Positions 8,345-20,182 of a stretch of 64,000 nucleotides of DNA are shown here, piece after piece; the stretch's first letter is position 1, and each line of letters opens with the position of its first letter. The notes below the pieces were generated by a model, which saw only the letters and a list, made by a program, of their open reading frames with translations, searched no databases and had not been told where the DNA came from. Made by a program: the position numbers and the translations under genes. Source of the stretch: Dehalococcoidia bacterium (GTDB taxonomy: Bacteria; Chloroflexota; Dehalococcoidia; Lucifugimonadales; UBA3495); contig CBDBDN010000005.1 of the NCBI GenBank assembly GCA_965203855.1, positions 65,804 through 129,803 on the forward strand, in the 5' to 3' direction.

Positions 8345-8968
8345 ATGCTTGGCGATTCCCTCCCTGGCACTACCCGCTCCCTGGCGCAGCTTACCGAGGA
8401 ACTGCGCCGGCTGCCCGGCGTCGGCCCCAAAAGCGCCCAGCGCATCGCCTACTATATCGCCCAGATGCCGGCCGAGGAAGCCCGATCCCTCTCCGACGCC
8501 ATTATCGCCGTGAAAGACCTGATCCTGTTCTGCGACGAATGCCGCAACCTCACCGATGCCTCGCCTTGTGATATTTGCGCCAACCCGCAGCGCAACCGGG
8601 ACCAGATTTGCGTAGTTGAGGAATCCCGCGACCTCGTGGCGCTGGAACGCACCCGCGCCTATCGCGGCCTTTACCATGTGCTGCACGGCGTCCTCTCTCC
8701 CCTCAACGGCGTCGGGCCGGAGGACATCCATCTCCCCCAGCTCCTGGCCCGCCTTGACGGCGCCGCCGACCCCTTGCAGGAACTAATTATCGCTACCAAC
8801 CCCACTTTAGAGGGCGATGCTACCGCCGACTTTATCCAGCGCCGCCTGTCCGGCTCCGGCATCACCGTTACCCGCTTGGCCCGGGGATTGCCCGTTGGCG
8901 GGTCCCTGGAATTCGCCGACGAAACTACCCTGACCCGCGCCTTGGCCGGCCGCAGCCCAACGGAATAG
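8345..8968 (+). CDS. recR: recombination protein RecR
   Basis: LPGVGPKSAQRIAYY helix-hairpin-helix, C4 zinc finger CDEC...CDIC, and a Toprim region (VVEE..D..ALE). Confidence 0.95.
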   Translation: MLGDSLPGTTRSLAQLTEELRRLPGVGPKSAQRIAYYIAQMPAEEARSLSDAIIAVKDLILFCDECRNLTDASPCDICANPQRNRDQICVVEESRDLVALERTRAYRGLYHVLHGVLSPLNGVGPEDIHLPQLLARLDGAADPLQELIIATNPTLEGDATADFIQRRLSGSGITVTRLARGLPVGGSLEFADETTLTRALAGRSPTE

Positions 8969-8975
8969 CCCGGCG

Positions 8976-9767
8976 ATGGCGCAGCCGCGCACCTACCGCG
9001 CCACGGCGCTTACCCTACGCAAGCGCATCGCCGGCGAATCCGACCTCATCGCTACCCTGCTTACCCGTGAGCATGGCAAGGTTGAGGCGGTAGCGCGCGG
9101 CGCGCGCCGCTTTACCAGCCGGCTGATGGGGCATTTTGAGCCCCTTACCCTGCTGCGCGTGTCTCTGGCGCGCGGCCGTTCTCTGGACACGGTTAGCGAA
9201 GCCGAAGTCATTTCCGCTTTCAATGCCCTCAAAAGCGACTACCGAACTACCGCCCGCGCCCTGTATGTCGCCGAACTGCTGGACGGATTCTCCGCACTCT
9301 CCGCCGTCAATCCCGAACTCTTTGACCTGGCTACCCGAACTTTGGCCGCTATTTCCGCAACGCCGGACGCCGACCTGCCGCTGCGCTGTTTCGACCTGCA
9401 ACTGCTCAACCTCTCCGGCTTTCTCCCCGAACTTTACTGCTGCGTTGACTGCGGCGATGAGCTGGCGCCGGAACAGCATCGCTACGCCGCCGGCGCCGGC
9501 GGTACGCTTTGCCCCGACTGCATCCCCGACGATACCCCGATTCGCCCGCTTTCGCTCCCGGCCCTCAAAGTGCTGCGCCTGCTGCACCGCACCGCCCGGC
9601 CCGACCTGCTGCCCGATATTCACATCCCGCCCGACATCCATAGCGAAGTGAGCGCCGCCCTTTCCGCCAGCCTCCGTTACTGGATGGACGGCCCGGTGCG
9701 TTCCCAAACTTTCCTGGACGGCATCGCCGCTGCTACGGCAGCGCATCCCGGTACTGCTATAAAGTAA
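8976..9767 (+). CDS. recO: DNA repair protein RecO
   Basis: N-terminal OB-fold pattern (ALTLRKRIAGESDLIATLLTREHGKVEAVARGARR), a C-terminal CxxC...CxxC, and position next to recR. Confidence 0.85.
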   Translation: MAQPRTYRATALTLRKRIAGESDLIATLLTREHGKVEAVARGARRFTSRLMGHFEPLTLLRVSLARGRSLDTVSEAEVISAFNALKSDYRTTARALYVAELLDGFSALSAVNPELFDLATRTLAAISATPDADLPLRCFDLQLLNLSGFLPELYCCVDCGDELAPEQHRYAAGAGGTLCPDCIPDDTPIRPLSLPALKVLRLLHRTARPDLLPDIHIPPDIHSEVSAALSASLRYWMDGPVRSQTFLDGIAAATAAHPGTAIK

Positions 9768-9817
9768 TGCCGTGTATAAAACGATGCCGTGTATAAAGCG
9801 ATGCCGTGAAATCCGCC
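9767..9817 (+). repeat. 17-bp tandem direct repeat x2.5 after recO
   Basis: atgccgtgtataaaacg / atgccgtgtataaagcg / atgccgtgaaatccgcc. A further gatgccgg lies 12 nt before the accC start. Confidence 0.7.
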
Positions 9818-9991
9818 GGAACTTGCCCCGTCGTCTATTGAACCGGCAGCGCCAAAAGGATTACAAAGAGCGTCATTAACGCGGCGCGGCCGCCATCCTC
9901 AACCGGGCACACCGTACCGCCCCCGTCCCGACCCGCCCGCCGGACGGACGGAATACGCCAAGAGTGGTAAGACGATGCCGGAGAGCGCAAG

Positions 9992-11578
9992 ATGTTCAGC
10001 AAAGTACTGGTCGCTAACCGCGGCGAAATCGCCGTCCGCATCATTCGCACTTGTCAGCGGTTGGGCGTGCCCACCGTGGCCGTCTATTCCGAAGCCGACG
10101 CCGGCGCCGCCCACACCCGGCAAGCCGACGCAGCAGTCTGCATCGGCCCCGCCGCCGCCGCCGATTCTTACCTCAACATTGACGCCGTGCTGTCCGCCTG
10201 CCGCGCCACCGGCGCCGCCGCCATCCATCCCGGCTACGGATTCCTGTCGGAAAACAGCGAACTTTCCCGCCGCTGCAAATCCGAAGGCATCATCTTTATC
10301 GGCCCCGGCGAGGAAGTCCTCAACCAGATGGCCGACAAACTCTCGGCGCGTCGGGTCGCCCGCAAATCCGGCCTCCCCGTTATGCCCGGCACCGAGGAGC
10401 CGGTACAGGACGACGAAGCCATCGCCAAAGCCTGGGAACTGGGCTTTCCGATGATGGTCAAAGCCACTGCCGGCGGCGGCGGCATCGGCATCCACGTCGT
10501 GCATAGCATGGCGGAACTGGAACCCGTCATTGAGCGGACGCGCAAAACCGCCGCCGCCGCTTTCGCCGACTCCAGCCTGTTCTACGAGCGCTACCTGCAA
10601 GGCGCTTCCCATATTGAAGTGCAAATTGTCGCCGACCACTTCGGCAATGTGCTGCACCTTTACGAGCGCGACTGCTCCATCCAGCGCCGCAATCAAAAGC
10701 TGATTGAGGAAACGCCGGCTACCGCCAAGCTCAACCCCGAAGTGCGCGGCCAAATCCGCCGCCTGTCCCGCCAGCTGGGTCGCGAAGTCGGCTACACCAA
10801 TGCCGGCACCGTCGAGTTTCTGGTTGCCCCCGACGGCCATTTCTACTTCCTGGAAATGAACCCCCGCTTGCAAGTGGAACACGGCGTTACCGAACTGCTT
10901 ACCGGGCAGGACATTGTAGCCTTGCAATTACAAGCCGCCGCCGGCATCCCTTTTGAACTGCGCCAGCGCAACATCCGCGCCCACGGCCACGCCATCGAAG
11001 CCCGCGTCTATCCCGAAAACCCCGATACTTGCCTGCCCACCGTCGGCACGGTAACCGATCTGCGGCTGCCGGAGGGCCGACATATCCGCGTAGATACCGC
11101 CCTCTATGTCGGATACGAAGTGCTGCTGCATTACGAGCCGCTGCTCGCCAAAGTGATGGTCAGCGGCCCCGACCGTCCCGCCGCCATCGCCCGGCTGGAC
11201 GCCGCCCTGGCCGATTTCCACCTGGACGGCGTAACCACCAACATCCCCCTGCTGCGGGATGTGCTGGCCAGCCCGGAGTTCGCTTCCGGCAATTACCACA
11301 CCGGCACGCTGCCGCAGATTATAGAACGCCGGCGGCAGTCGCACGGCCTCGCCCAAAATCAAAATGGCCGGAATGCGCCGGGCAAAACGCCGCAAAACGG
11401 GTATAATGCTGGCTTGGCGCAAAACCCGCGAGCATTGGCCGCCGCCATCGGCGCCGCCGTAGTGGCGGCCCAAGCCGGCCAGTCAGCCAGCGTTACGCCG
11501 GAACCCGCCGGCTCCCGCTGGCGCACTACGGGACGCCGGGAACTTTTCCGCTCGCGGCTCGGCAGCGCAACCTGGTAA
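9992..11578 (+). CDS. accC: biotin carboxylase (acetyl/acyl-CoA carboxylase subunit)
   Basis: MFSKVLVANRGEIAVRIIRT, ATP-grasp blocks (MVKATAGGGGIG; EMNPRLQVEH). There is a low-complexity C-terminal extension of about 75 aa. Confidence 0.9.
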   Translation: MFSKVLVANRGEIAVRIIRTCQRLGVPTVAVYSEADAGAAHTRQADAAVCIGPAAAADSYLNIDAVLSACRATGAAAIHPGYGFLSENSELSRRCKSEGIIFIGPGEEVLNQMADKLSARRVARKSGLPVMPGTEEPVQDDEAIAKAWELGFPMMVKATAGGGGIGIHVVHSMAELEPVIERTRKTAAAAFADSSLFYERYLQGASHIEVQIVADHFGNVLHLYERDCSIQRRNQKLIEETPATAKLNPEVRGQIRRLSRQLGREVGYTNAGTVEFLVAPDGHFYFLEMNPRLQVEHGVTELLTGQDIVALQLQAAAGIPFELRQRNIRAHGHAIEARVYPENPDTCLPTVGTVTDLRLPEGRHIRVDTALYVGYEVLLHYEPLLAKVMVSGPDRPAAIARLDAALADFHLDGVTTNIPLLRDVLASPEFASGNYHTGTLPQIIERRRQSHGLAQNQNGRNAPGKTPQNGYNAGLAQNPRALAAAIGAAVVAAQAGQSASVTPEPAGSRWRTTGRRELFRSRLGSATW

Positions 11579-11579
11579 T

Positions 11580-12029
11580 TTGACCACCGTAACCGTACGC
11601 ATCGGCGAACAATGGTACACCGTTGAAGTCGGCGACCTCTCTCAGTCGCCGGTTACGGTTACCGTTGACGGCGAAACCTTTCTGATTGACGTCGCCGTGG
11701 AACGCGGGCCGGCCCTGGCGGCGCCGCCGCGTTCCGGCCGGCCCGCCAGCAGCCTCAGCGCCCCCGATGCCCCGACTCCCGCATCCCCCTCCGGCGGCCC
11801 GGCGGCCCCTGCCAGCGACGACATCCTGCGTTCCCCGATGCCGGGGCGCGTTATGTCGGTGCTGGTTCGCCCCGGCGACGCCGTAGCCGCCGGCGCCGAA
11901 GTATGCGTGGTGGAAGCCATGAAAATGGAGCAAAGCATCCTGGCGCACCGCAACGGCATCGTCAAAACGGTGTTCGTCCAGCCTATGGACTCGGTCAACG
12001 CCAACGATCCGCTGGTAGAATTGGAATAG
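11580..12029 (+). CDS. biotin carboxyl carrier / biotinyl-domain protein
   Basis: Biotinylation motif EAMKME near the C-terminus and a Pro/Ala linker. TTG start lies 1 nt after the accC stop. Confidence 0.85.
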   Translation: MTTVTVRIGEQWYTVEVGDLSQSPVTVTVDGETFLIDVAVERGPALAAPPRSGRPASSLSAPDAPTPASPSGGPAAPASDDILRSPMPGRVMSVLVRPGDAVAAGAEVCVVEAMKMEQSILAHRNGIVKTVFVQPMDSVNANDPLVELE

Positions 12030-12057
12030 CAAACCCGATTGAACAAGGAGAGCCGTT

Positions 12058-12507
12058 ATGTCGGTAAAAGCCGGACGCCGTTCCATAGAACTGGTCGGCG
12101 AAGTGCGGGGAATGACGCTGAATGATGACGGCATCGGCGGCGCATTTCAGCTCCGCCTGGACGACGGCGCAACCGTCGCCGTTGATTTTGGCGCCGAGCA
12201 TGAGCCCGGCATCGTAATGGCGTTGTTGCAGCGTACTTATCAACGCCTCAAAATTACCGGATTGGGCGATTTCGGCGCAGACGGCAAACTGCGCCGCGTC
12301 TGCCGCCTGGACACCAAAACGCCGGCGCGAATTCCATCGCCGGCGGAAGCGCAGCCGGCAACCCCGGGCAGCGCGCGGGAGTTTATAGAGGAGTGGATTG
12401 CATTCGGCAAGACCATCCCGGAGGAGGAATGGGCCAAGTTCCCCACCGATTTCGCCGAAAATATGGACCACTATATGTACGGATTGCCCAAGCGAGGTGA
12501 GGAATGA
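12058..12507 (+). CDS. putative antitoxin partner of VapC (unclassified, 149 aa)
   Basis: 4-bp overlap with the downstream PIN gene and an AGGAG RBS. The C-terminal tail (FAENMDHYMYGLPKR) resembles antitoxin tails I recall from PIN modules. The N-terminal 90 aa were not recognised. Confidence 0.5.
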   Translation: MSVKAGRRSIELVGEVRGMTLNDDGIGGAFQLRLDDGATVAVDFGAEHEPGIVMALLQRTYQRLKITGLGDFGADGKLRRVCRLDTKTPARIPSPAEAQPATPGSAREFIEEWIAFGKTIPEEEWAKFPTDFAENMDHYMYGLPKRGEE

Positions 12508-12911
12508 CGCCGGTTTTCGCCGATACTTCCTACTGGTTTGCCGCTCTGGATCCGAGCGACCAATGGCACGAAGCGGCGATGCGCGCCGCCGCCGCTATCG
12601 GCGACCGCGAAATCGTTACTACCGAAATGGTCCTCGCCGAACTCCTGAACGCCGTCAGCCGGCTGGGGCCGACATTCCGGGCCGACGCCGCCGCGCGCAT
12701 CCGGAGAATGCGGCGCATACCGAACATTACCATCATTGAGCAAACCGCCGATCAGTTTGAGGCAGCGCTGACCTATTACGAAGCGCGGCTGGACAAACGC
12801 TGGGGCATTACCGACTGCGCCAGCTTCCTGACCATGCGCGCCGCCGGCATCACCCACGCCCTTACCGCCGACCGCGATTTTACGCAGGCCGGATTCTCCC
12901 TCTTAATGTGA
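12504..12911 (+). CDS. vapC: PIN-domain ribonuclease, VapC-like toxin
   Basis: Acidic PIN residues in the expected spacing across 135 aa: FADTSYW, VTTEMVLAELLN, ITDCASF and LTADRDF. Confidence 0.85.
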   Translation: MTPVFADTSYWFAALDPSDQWHEAAMRAAAAIGDREIVTTEMVLAELLNAVSRLGPTFRADAAARIRRMRRIPNITIIEQTADQFEAALTYYEARLDKRWGITDCASFLTMRAAGITHALTADRDFTQAGFSLLM

Positions 12912-12930
12912 AATCGTCCCGCCAATCCGC

Positions 12931-12936
12931 TAAAAT
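12931..12936 (+). promoter_or_regulatory. -10 box TAAAAT, leaderless-type (6 nt before uvrA ATG)
   Basis: taaaat-aaccct-ATG at 12943. Confidence 0.5.
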
Positions 12937-12942
12937 AACCCT

Positions 12943-16068
<3,126 letters not shown>

Positions 16069-16088
16069 CCCCAATGCTGAATTTCCGA

Positions 16089-17231
16089 TCAATCATCATT
16101 CTCTGAAATCACCAAATCACGGGGATTGTGCAACGTCCAACGCTGTCCTTCACGCCGCAAGTCCCCTTCTAACGAAACCACCAACCTCAGATTATGAGCG
16201 TCCGTAATCCGTCCGTAATCCGCTGGTGAGAAATCGGCCCGTATCGACCGCATTGCGCCCTCAACGACCGCCTTGAGGGTTACACGCCCCTGATGTTCCG
16301 ACTGTTCGCGCGCCAAGGATGTTACATAACCCTCGATCCTCTCGTCTGGATGCTCTTGCCGGTCTTTCAATGTGCGAGACGCTTCCCGCAAAATAGGCAA
16401 ATCGGATGCTACGAACTGCGCTTGCGCCCGGTTTTCTTTCGCGTTGCGGATTGCAGCCCAACTGACCGATATGTCAAGCGCTTTGCCGTTCTCGACGCCA
16501 AGCAACGCGGTGATGGCATCGCAGAAATTTGCGCTGATACCTTGTGCAATTTTCCGCTCGAAAGCTTGGATGTCTTCCCCCTGGTTGACTGCCACTATTG
16601 CTTCGCGCGTAGAGTGCAAGCTGGAAGCAAGTTTGCGTGTTACTTGCCGCTCGAACGGTTCCTCAGGAGCGGTATCAAGTAAGGCGCCCTGCCCGGCGGA
16701 CAGAACGGGCGGCACCGGCGAAAGCAAATTAGCAACGAAGCTGCCTTGTTCGGTCTGACCCAACCTAACGCTACGCATATAGTCGGATGCCTGCTGATTC
16801 CGCCCCGCCCGGAAAAATCGTTGCGGACGCACTGTAGAGCAAGCCGCCGCTAGCAGCAAATTGTGCGCCTCGCGGAACAGCGTTACGCCGGTATCTATTG
16901 ATACCGACCCGTCCTCTGCGGCTTCTGGCAAACGGACGCGCAGCAAGTCATAGCCCGTTAACCTGATGTCATGCAGGATGGCGCGGCCGTCCCTATTTTC
17001 TACCCGCGTCAAGGTTTTGATTATTTCGTTCAGTCGGATCGCATAATCCGCAAAATTCTCCGCCGCCGGCACCAGCACTTCATCGTTGCGATCCGCCGAA
17101 GTATAAACGCTCCCCATATCACCATACGGTCGCACCCCCTCCCAGCCGTGAGCGCCAAGATAGGCGTGCACCAACCGAGACGGAACCCTGGCTAGGGAAT
17201 CTAATCCGACCGTTTGCCACTGCGTTGTCAT
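16089..17231 (-). CDS. hypothetical protein, 380 aa, second gene of the DUF4365 cassette
   Basis: Long clean ORF in a lower-GC segment, starting 2 nt after the upstream gene stop. I could see no P-loop, HNH, DEAD, TIR or other recognisable motif. Confidence 0.7.
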   Translation of the reverse strand: MTTQWQTVGLDSLARVPSRLVHAYLGAHGWEGVRPYGDMGSVYTSADRNDEVLVPAAENFADYAIRLNEIIKTLTRVENRDGRAILHDIRLTGYDLLRVRLPEAAEDGSVSIDTGVTLFREAHNLLLAAACSTVRPQRFFRAGRNQQASDYMRSVRLGQTEQGSFVANLLSPVPPVLSAGQGALLDTAPEEPFERQVTRKLASSLHSTREAIVAVNQGEDIQAFERKIAQGISANFCDAITALLGVENGKALDISVSWAAIRNAKENRAQAQFVASDLPILREASRTLKDRQEHPDERIEGYVTSLAREQSEHQGRVTLKAVVEGAMRSIRADFSPADYGRITDAHNLRLVVSLEGDLRREGQRWTLHNPRDLVISENDD

Positions 17232-17233
17232 TT

Positions 17234-17737
17234 CTACTCAATCGGAATTCCCTGGACTGCCATATCCATCAATTGCTGCAATCTGCCCGGGTTCAGAATC
17301 TGCGATTCAGGCAGGATTACAACCTTGGAGCCACTGTCAATCTCCGGGTATCCACGCAACGACAGCCACCATACCCTGCGTCGCAACGCCAGTTGTTCCG
17401 CGTCGCATTTGCCCCAATCATCCGCGTCAGTCGGCAATTCCAAGACCGCTAGGATAATCGGACAAAATCGCGGCGATTCCCGAAGGTGTTCGTAATTAGG
17501 ATTGCGTACCTGGTAATGGAGGCCGTCTTTCAGTAAGTTCGGCGCTGATGTTGCTTTGAGCTGAACGTCTATCTGTCCAGTTGGCGGCCGTCCGGTTCGC
17601 ACTACTGCATCGACGCTTGTTACATCTGGCTCCGGCCCTCTTTCACAGGTATAGCCCGCCAAAGCGGCCAGTGCGGATAGCCACGCAAACGACAGATTAG
17701 CCTTGCGTTCATCGTCATTCAAGAATCCGCCGGTCAT
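17234..17737 (-). CDS. DUF4365-type (PD-(D/E)xK nuclease-fold-like) protein
   Basis: The pattern LSFAWLSALAALAGY...DVTSVDAVV...GQIDVQLKATS...YEHL...PIILAVLELP...VWWLSLRG matches my memory of the DUF4365 family layout. Confidence 0.65.
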   Translation of the reverse strand: MTGGFLNDDERKANLSFAWLSALAALAGYTCERGPEPDVTSVDAVVRTGRPPTGQIDVQLKATSAPNLLKDGLHYQVRNPNYEHLRESPRFCPIILAVLELPTDADDWGKCDAEQLALRRRVWWLSLRGYPEIDSGSKVVILPESQILNPGRLQQLMDMAVQGIPIE

Positions 17738-17776
17738 TGCGTTGCCCCGTCATCGGCCAAAGCCTTCGGTGCCGGT

Positions 17777-17804
17777 AGTATAACGATAATTGTCGCATTT
17801 GCAA
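17777..17804 (-). promoter_or_regulatory. sigma70-like promoter of the DUF4365 cassette
   Basis: On the minus strand: TTGCAA (17799-17804), a 16-nt spacer, then TATACT (17777-17782), about 40 nt upstream of ATG 17737. Confidence 0.55.
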
Positions 17805-17820
17805 CCGCCGCCCCGCAGCC

Positions 17821-18303
17821 CTACTCCCCCCGGCAATCCTCAAACTTCAGTATCCGCCCCACTTCCGCTATATTCCCGTACAGCGTTATCGTATCCCCGA
17901 TGCTGAACGCCAATACATCGTCCAGCTCCTCAAACCGGCACTCCACATAGTCATCCTTCTTCATCGCCCGCCGCGCCAGATGAAACTGCACTTTCGTCCC
18001 GTCTATCTTGCTGACGATGCCCGTGAACCCATACACCCCCTTTTCGTCCATCATCTTGTCAAACCGCACCGGATTCCGTTCCCTTTCATCCTGAAACCAG
18101 GCGTACAGCAGCGATGCCGGCTGCGCGGTCGGCGTCGGCAGCGGCGCCGGCGTGTAAATCGCCGTTTCGCCCCCACCGCATCCCAACCCCACCCCGGCGA
18201 GACCCAACGCCAGCAGCAGCCAGGCCGCCGCCGCAATCGCCATCACGCCCGGCCGCCGCCGGCCGCCGATGGCAGAGGATTGATTACGCTGATACCCCAA
18301 CAT
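17821..18303 (-). CDS. lipoprotein with OB-fold (tRNA_anti-like) domain
   Basis: Signal peptide with lipobox LGLGC. The C-terminal part has the layout F..K...K.V..F.G.V..I....V.F.........V.C.F........GD.ITL.G......L.FEDC. Confidence 0.5.
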   Translation of the reverse strand: MLGYQRNQSSAIGGRRRPGVMAIAAAAWLLLALGLAGVGLGCGGGETAIYTPAPLPTPTAQPASLLYAWFQDERERNPVRFDKMMDEKGVYGFTGIVSKIDGTKVQFHLARRAMKKDDYVECRFEELDDVLAFSIGDTITLYGNIAEVGRILKFEDCRGE

Positions 18304-18410
18304 AGCTAATGCCTTGACGCACTCCGATTATACACCGGCTCAACTTCCCGCCATTCCGGTTTGATTTCCCATCACTCCAATTTGACTTCCCGCCATTCCG
18401 ATTTTTCCCC

Positions 18411-18436
18411 CGTCATTCCGGCGCAAGCCGGAATCC
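18411..18436 (+). repeat. REP-like palindromic element copy
   Basis: cgtcattccggc-gcaa-gccggaatcc. Two left half-sites (cccgccattccg) lie at 18348-18360 and 18389-18401. Confidence 0.85.
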
Positions 18437-18506
18437 GGTTGCGTTTTCTAGCCTCCCACTTGCTCCAAAACGACGACCTTACGGATAATACCCCCGCAAA
18501 CGAACC

Positions 18507-20090
18507 CTACCGTGCCGCCGGCCGACCCGGCCGCGTCGCCGACAGCATCAGCAGCGATACCGCCGCCAGGTTGATGCCGAATGCCGTAAAAACCCCCTGG
18601 TAGCTGCCCACCGCATCCACTACTATGCCCGCCGCCGTCGGCCCGCAAGCCTGCCCCGCTACCTGCGCCGACAGCCCCCACGCCCGTATCGCCCCCAGAT
18701 GCGTCCGCCCAAAGTAATCCGCCCAAGTGAGACGGCTGATGATGTGCAGTCCCCCTACGCCAAACCCCAAAATGAATGCGCCCAGTATGCCCACGCTTAT
18801 GTCGCCGGCGTATGCCGTTACCGCCGCGCCCCCCGCTACTACCAGCCCCGCAACCGGCATCACGAACCGCGCCGCCGCCCGCTGTGCAATCAGCGACCAC
18901 AAAATGCTGGCCGGCACCTGCGAAATCGCAAACGTGCTGGCCGTCCACACCGCTACCGAATCCGGTATCCCCTGATCCTCAAAATGCGGCACCTGATGCA
19001 GCGATACCCCCGCCTGCACGATGAACCCCGCAAAGGCGAACAGCATCATCAGCCAGAACGCCCGCGTCCGCATCGCCTGCCGCAGCGTAAAGTTGATTTC
19101 GTCCGCCGCGCTCCGCGGACGCCGCCCGGATGCTGCTGTTGCCCCTGTCGCTGCTGACGCTGACGATGCTGACGCCGCCGCCGTCCCCCCGGACGCCCCG
19201 GCGGACGCTCCCGATGCTGCTGTTGCCGACGCTCTGGACGATTGCGATGGCGCCCTCGCCGCTCCCCCGTCCGGTTCCAGCCCCAAATCCTCCGGACGCC
19301 GCCCCATCAGCGCTATCGTCGGTGCTACCCCCACCGCCAGCGTCCAGATACCCAAAGCGTACCACGCCGTCTGCCAGCTCCACGCTCCGATGATGGCCTG
19401 CGCGATCAGCGGCATCACCGCCAGCCCGGAACCTTGCAAAATGTGATTCACCGCCAGCGCAAAAGGCCGCCGCCGGATGAACCAGTTGCTTACCGCCGTC
19501 GCCGTTCCCAGCTCCAGCGGGCTGGCGAATACCGCCCGCCCCGGCACATACACCAGATAGAACAGCGTAATGTGGTTGACCGCCCCCAGCCCCACGGCGC
19601 ACAGCCCGGCGATGCCCGTTGACACTCCTACCACCAGGCCCGACCCGTAGCGGTCTATCAGCGGCCCCACCAGCGGCGACAGCACTACGGCGCAGACCCC
19701 GCCCAGGCTGACCGCTACCGATACTGCCGTCCGCGACCACCCCAGCTCCGTTTCCATCGGCACCACGAATACCGTCAGCACCGCCACCGCCATCAGCGGG
19801 CGCGACGAATACGAAGCCAGCCCCGACAGGCCGAGGATTATCCATCCGTAATAGAACGGAACGGTCCGCGCCGTCCGCGCCTGCAACGCCCGCATCAGCG
19901 GCCACCGGCCCGGCGGCGGCAATTCGTCAACCCGGATACGAACAACCCGGATACGAACCGCCCGGATGCGAGCAGCCCGGATAGGAACGGCAGGACAGTC
20001 AAAACGGCAATGCGGCTCCGCGAAATTCTGCGGCGGCGGGACCGGTTCAACCCGCAGTTCCCGCCGATTATAGCAGGTAATGTTCGCCAT
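18507..20090 (-). CDS. MFS transporter
   Basis: Multi-TM profile, with an Ala/Ser-rich low-complexity central loop. The first 65 or so codons run through a 15-bp tandem repeat and are probably not coding. The likely start is ATG at complement 19895 (MRALQARTARTVPFYYGWIILG). Confidence 0.8.
   Translation of the reverse strand: MANITCYNRRELRVEPVPPPQNFAEPHCRFDCPAVPIRAARIRAVRIRVVRIRVDELPPPGRWPLMRALQARTARTVPFYYGWIILGLSGLASYSSRPLMAVAVLTVFVVPMETELGWSRTAVSVAVSLGGVCAVVLSPLVGPLIDRYGSGLVVGVSTGIAGLCAVGLGAVNHITLFYLVYVPGRAVFASPLELGTATAVSNWFIRRRPFALAVNHILQGSGLAVMPLIAQAIIGAWSWQTAWYALGIWTLAVGVAPTIALMGRRPEDLGLEPDGGAARAPSQSSRASATAASGASAGASGGTAAASASSASAATGATAASGRRPRSAADEINFTLRQAMRTRAFWLMMLFAFAGFIVQAGVSLHQVPHFEDQGIPDSVAVWTASTFAISQVPASILWSLIAQRAAARFVMPVAGLVVAGGAAVTAYAGDISVGILGAFILGFGVGGLHIISRLTWADYFGRTHLGAIRAWGLSAQVAGQACGPTAAGIVVDAVGSYQGVFTAFGINLAAVSLLMLSATRPGRPAAR
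19931..19990. repeat. 15-bp tandem direct repeat x4 upstream of the MFS gene
   Basis: cccggatacgaacaa / cccggatacgaaccg / cccggatgcgagcag / cccggataggaacgg. Confidence 0.8.
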
Positions 20091-20170
20091 CCCGGCCTAT
20101 TTTCCCCCATCCCGCCGCCCTATCCGAAAAGAACGCCGCCCCCGGATCATCCCTATGCCCCGGATTGCGC

Positions 20171-20176
20171 TATAAT
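20171..20176 (+). promoter_or_regulatory. -10 box TATAAT, leaderless-type (6 nt before nadE ATG 20183)
   Basis: tataat-accccc-ATG. Confidence 0.5.
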
Positions 20177-20182
20177 ACCCCC

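Noticed and set aside
9992-12029. A complete acetyl-CoA carboxylase locus.
   Set aside because: Only biotin carboxylase and a biotinyl carrier are present, and no carboxyltransferase gene is adjacent. The physiological carboxylase they belong to therefore cannot be assigned from this window.
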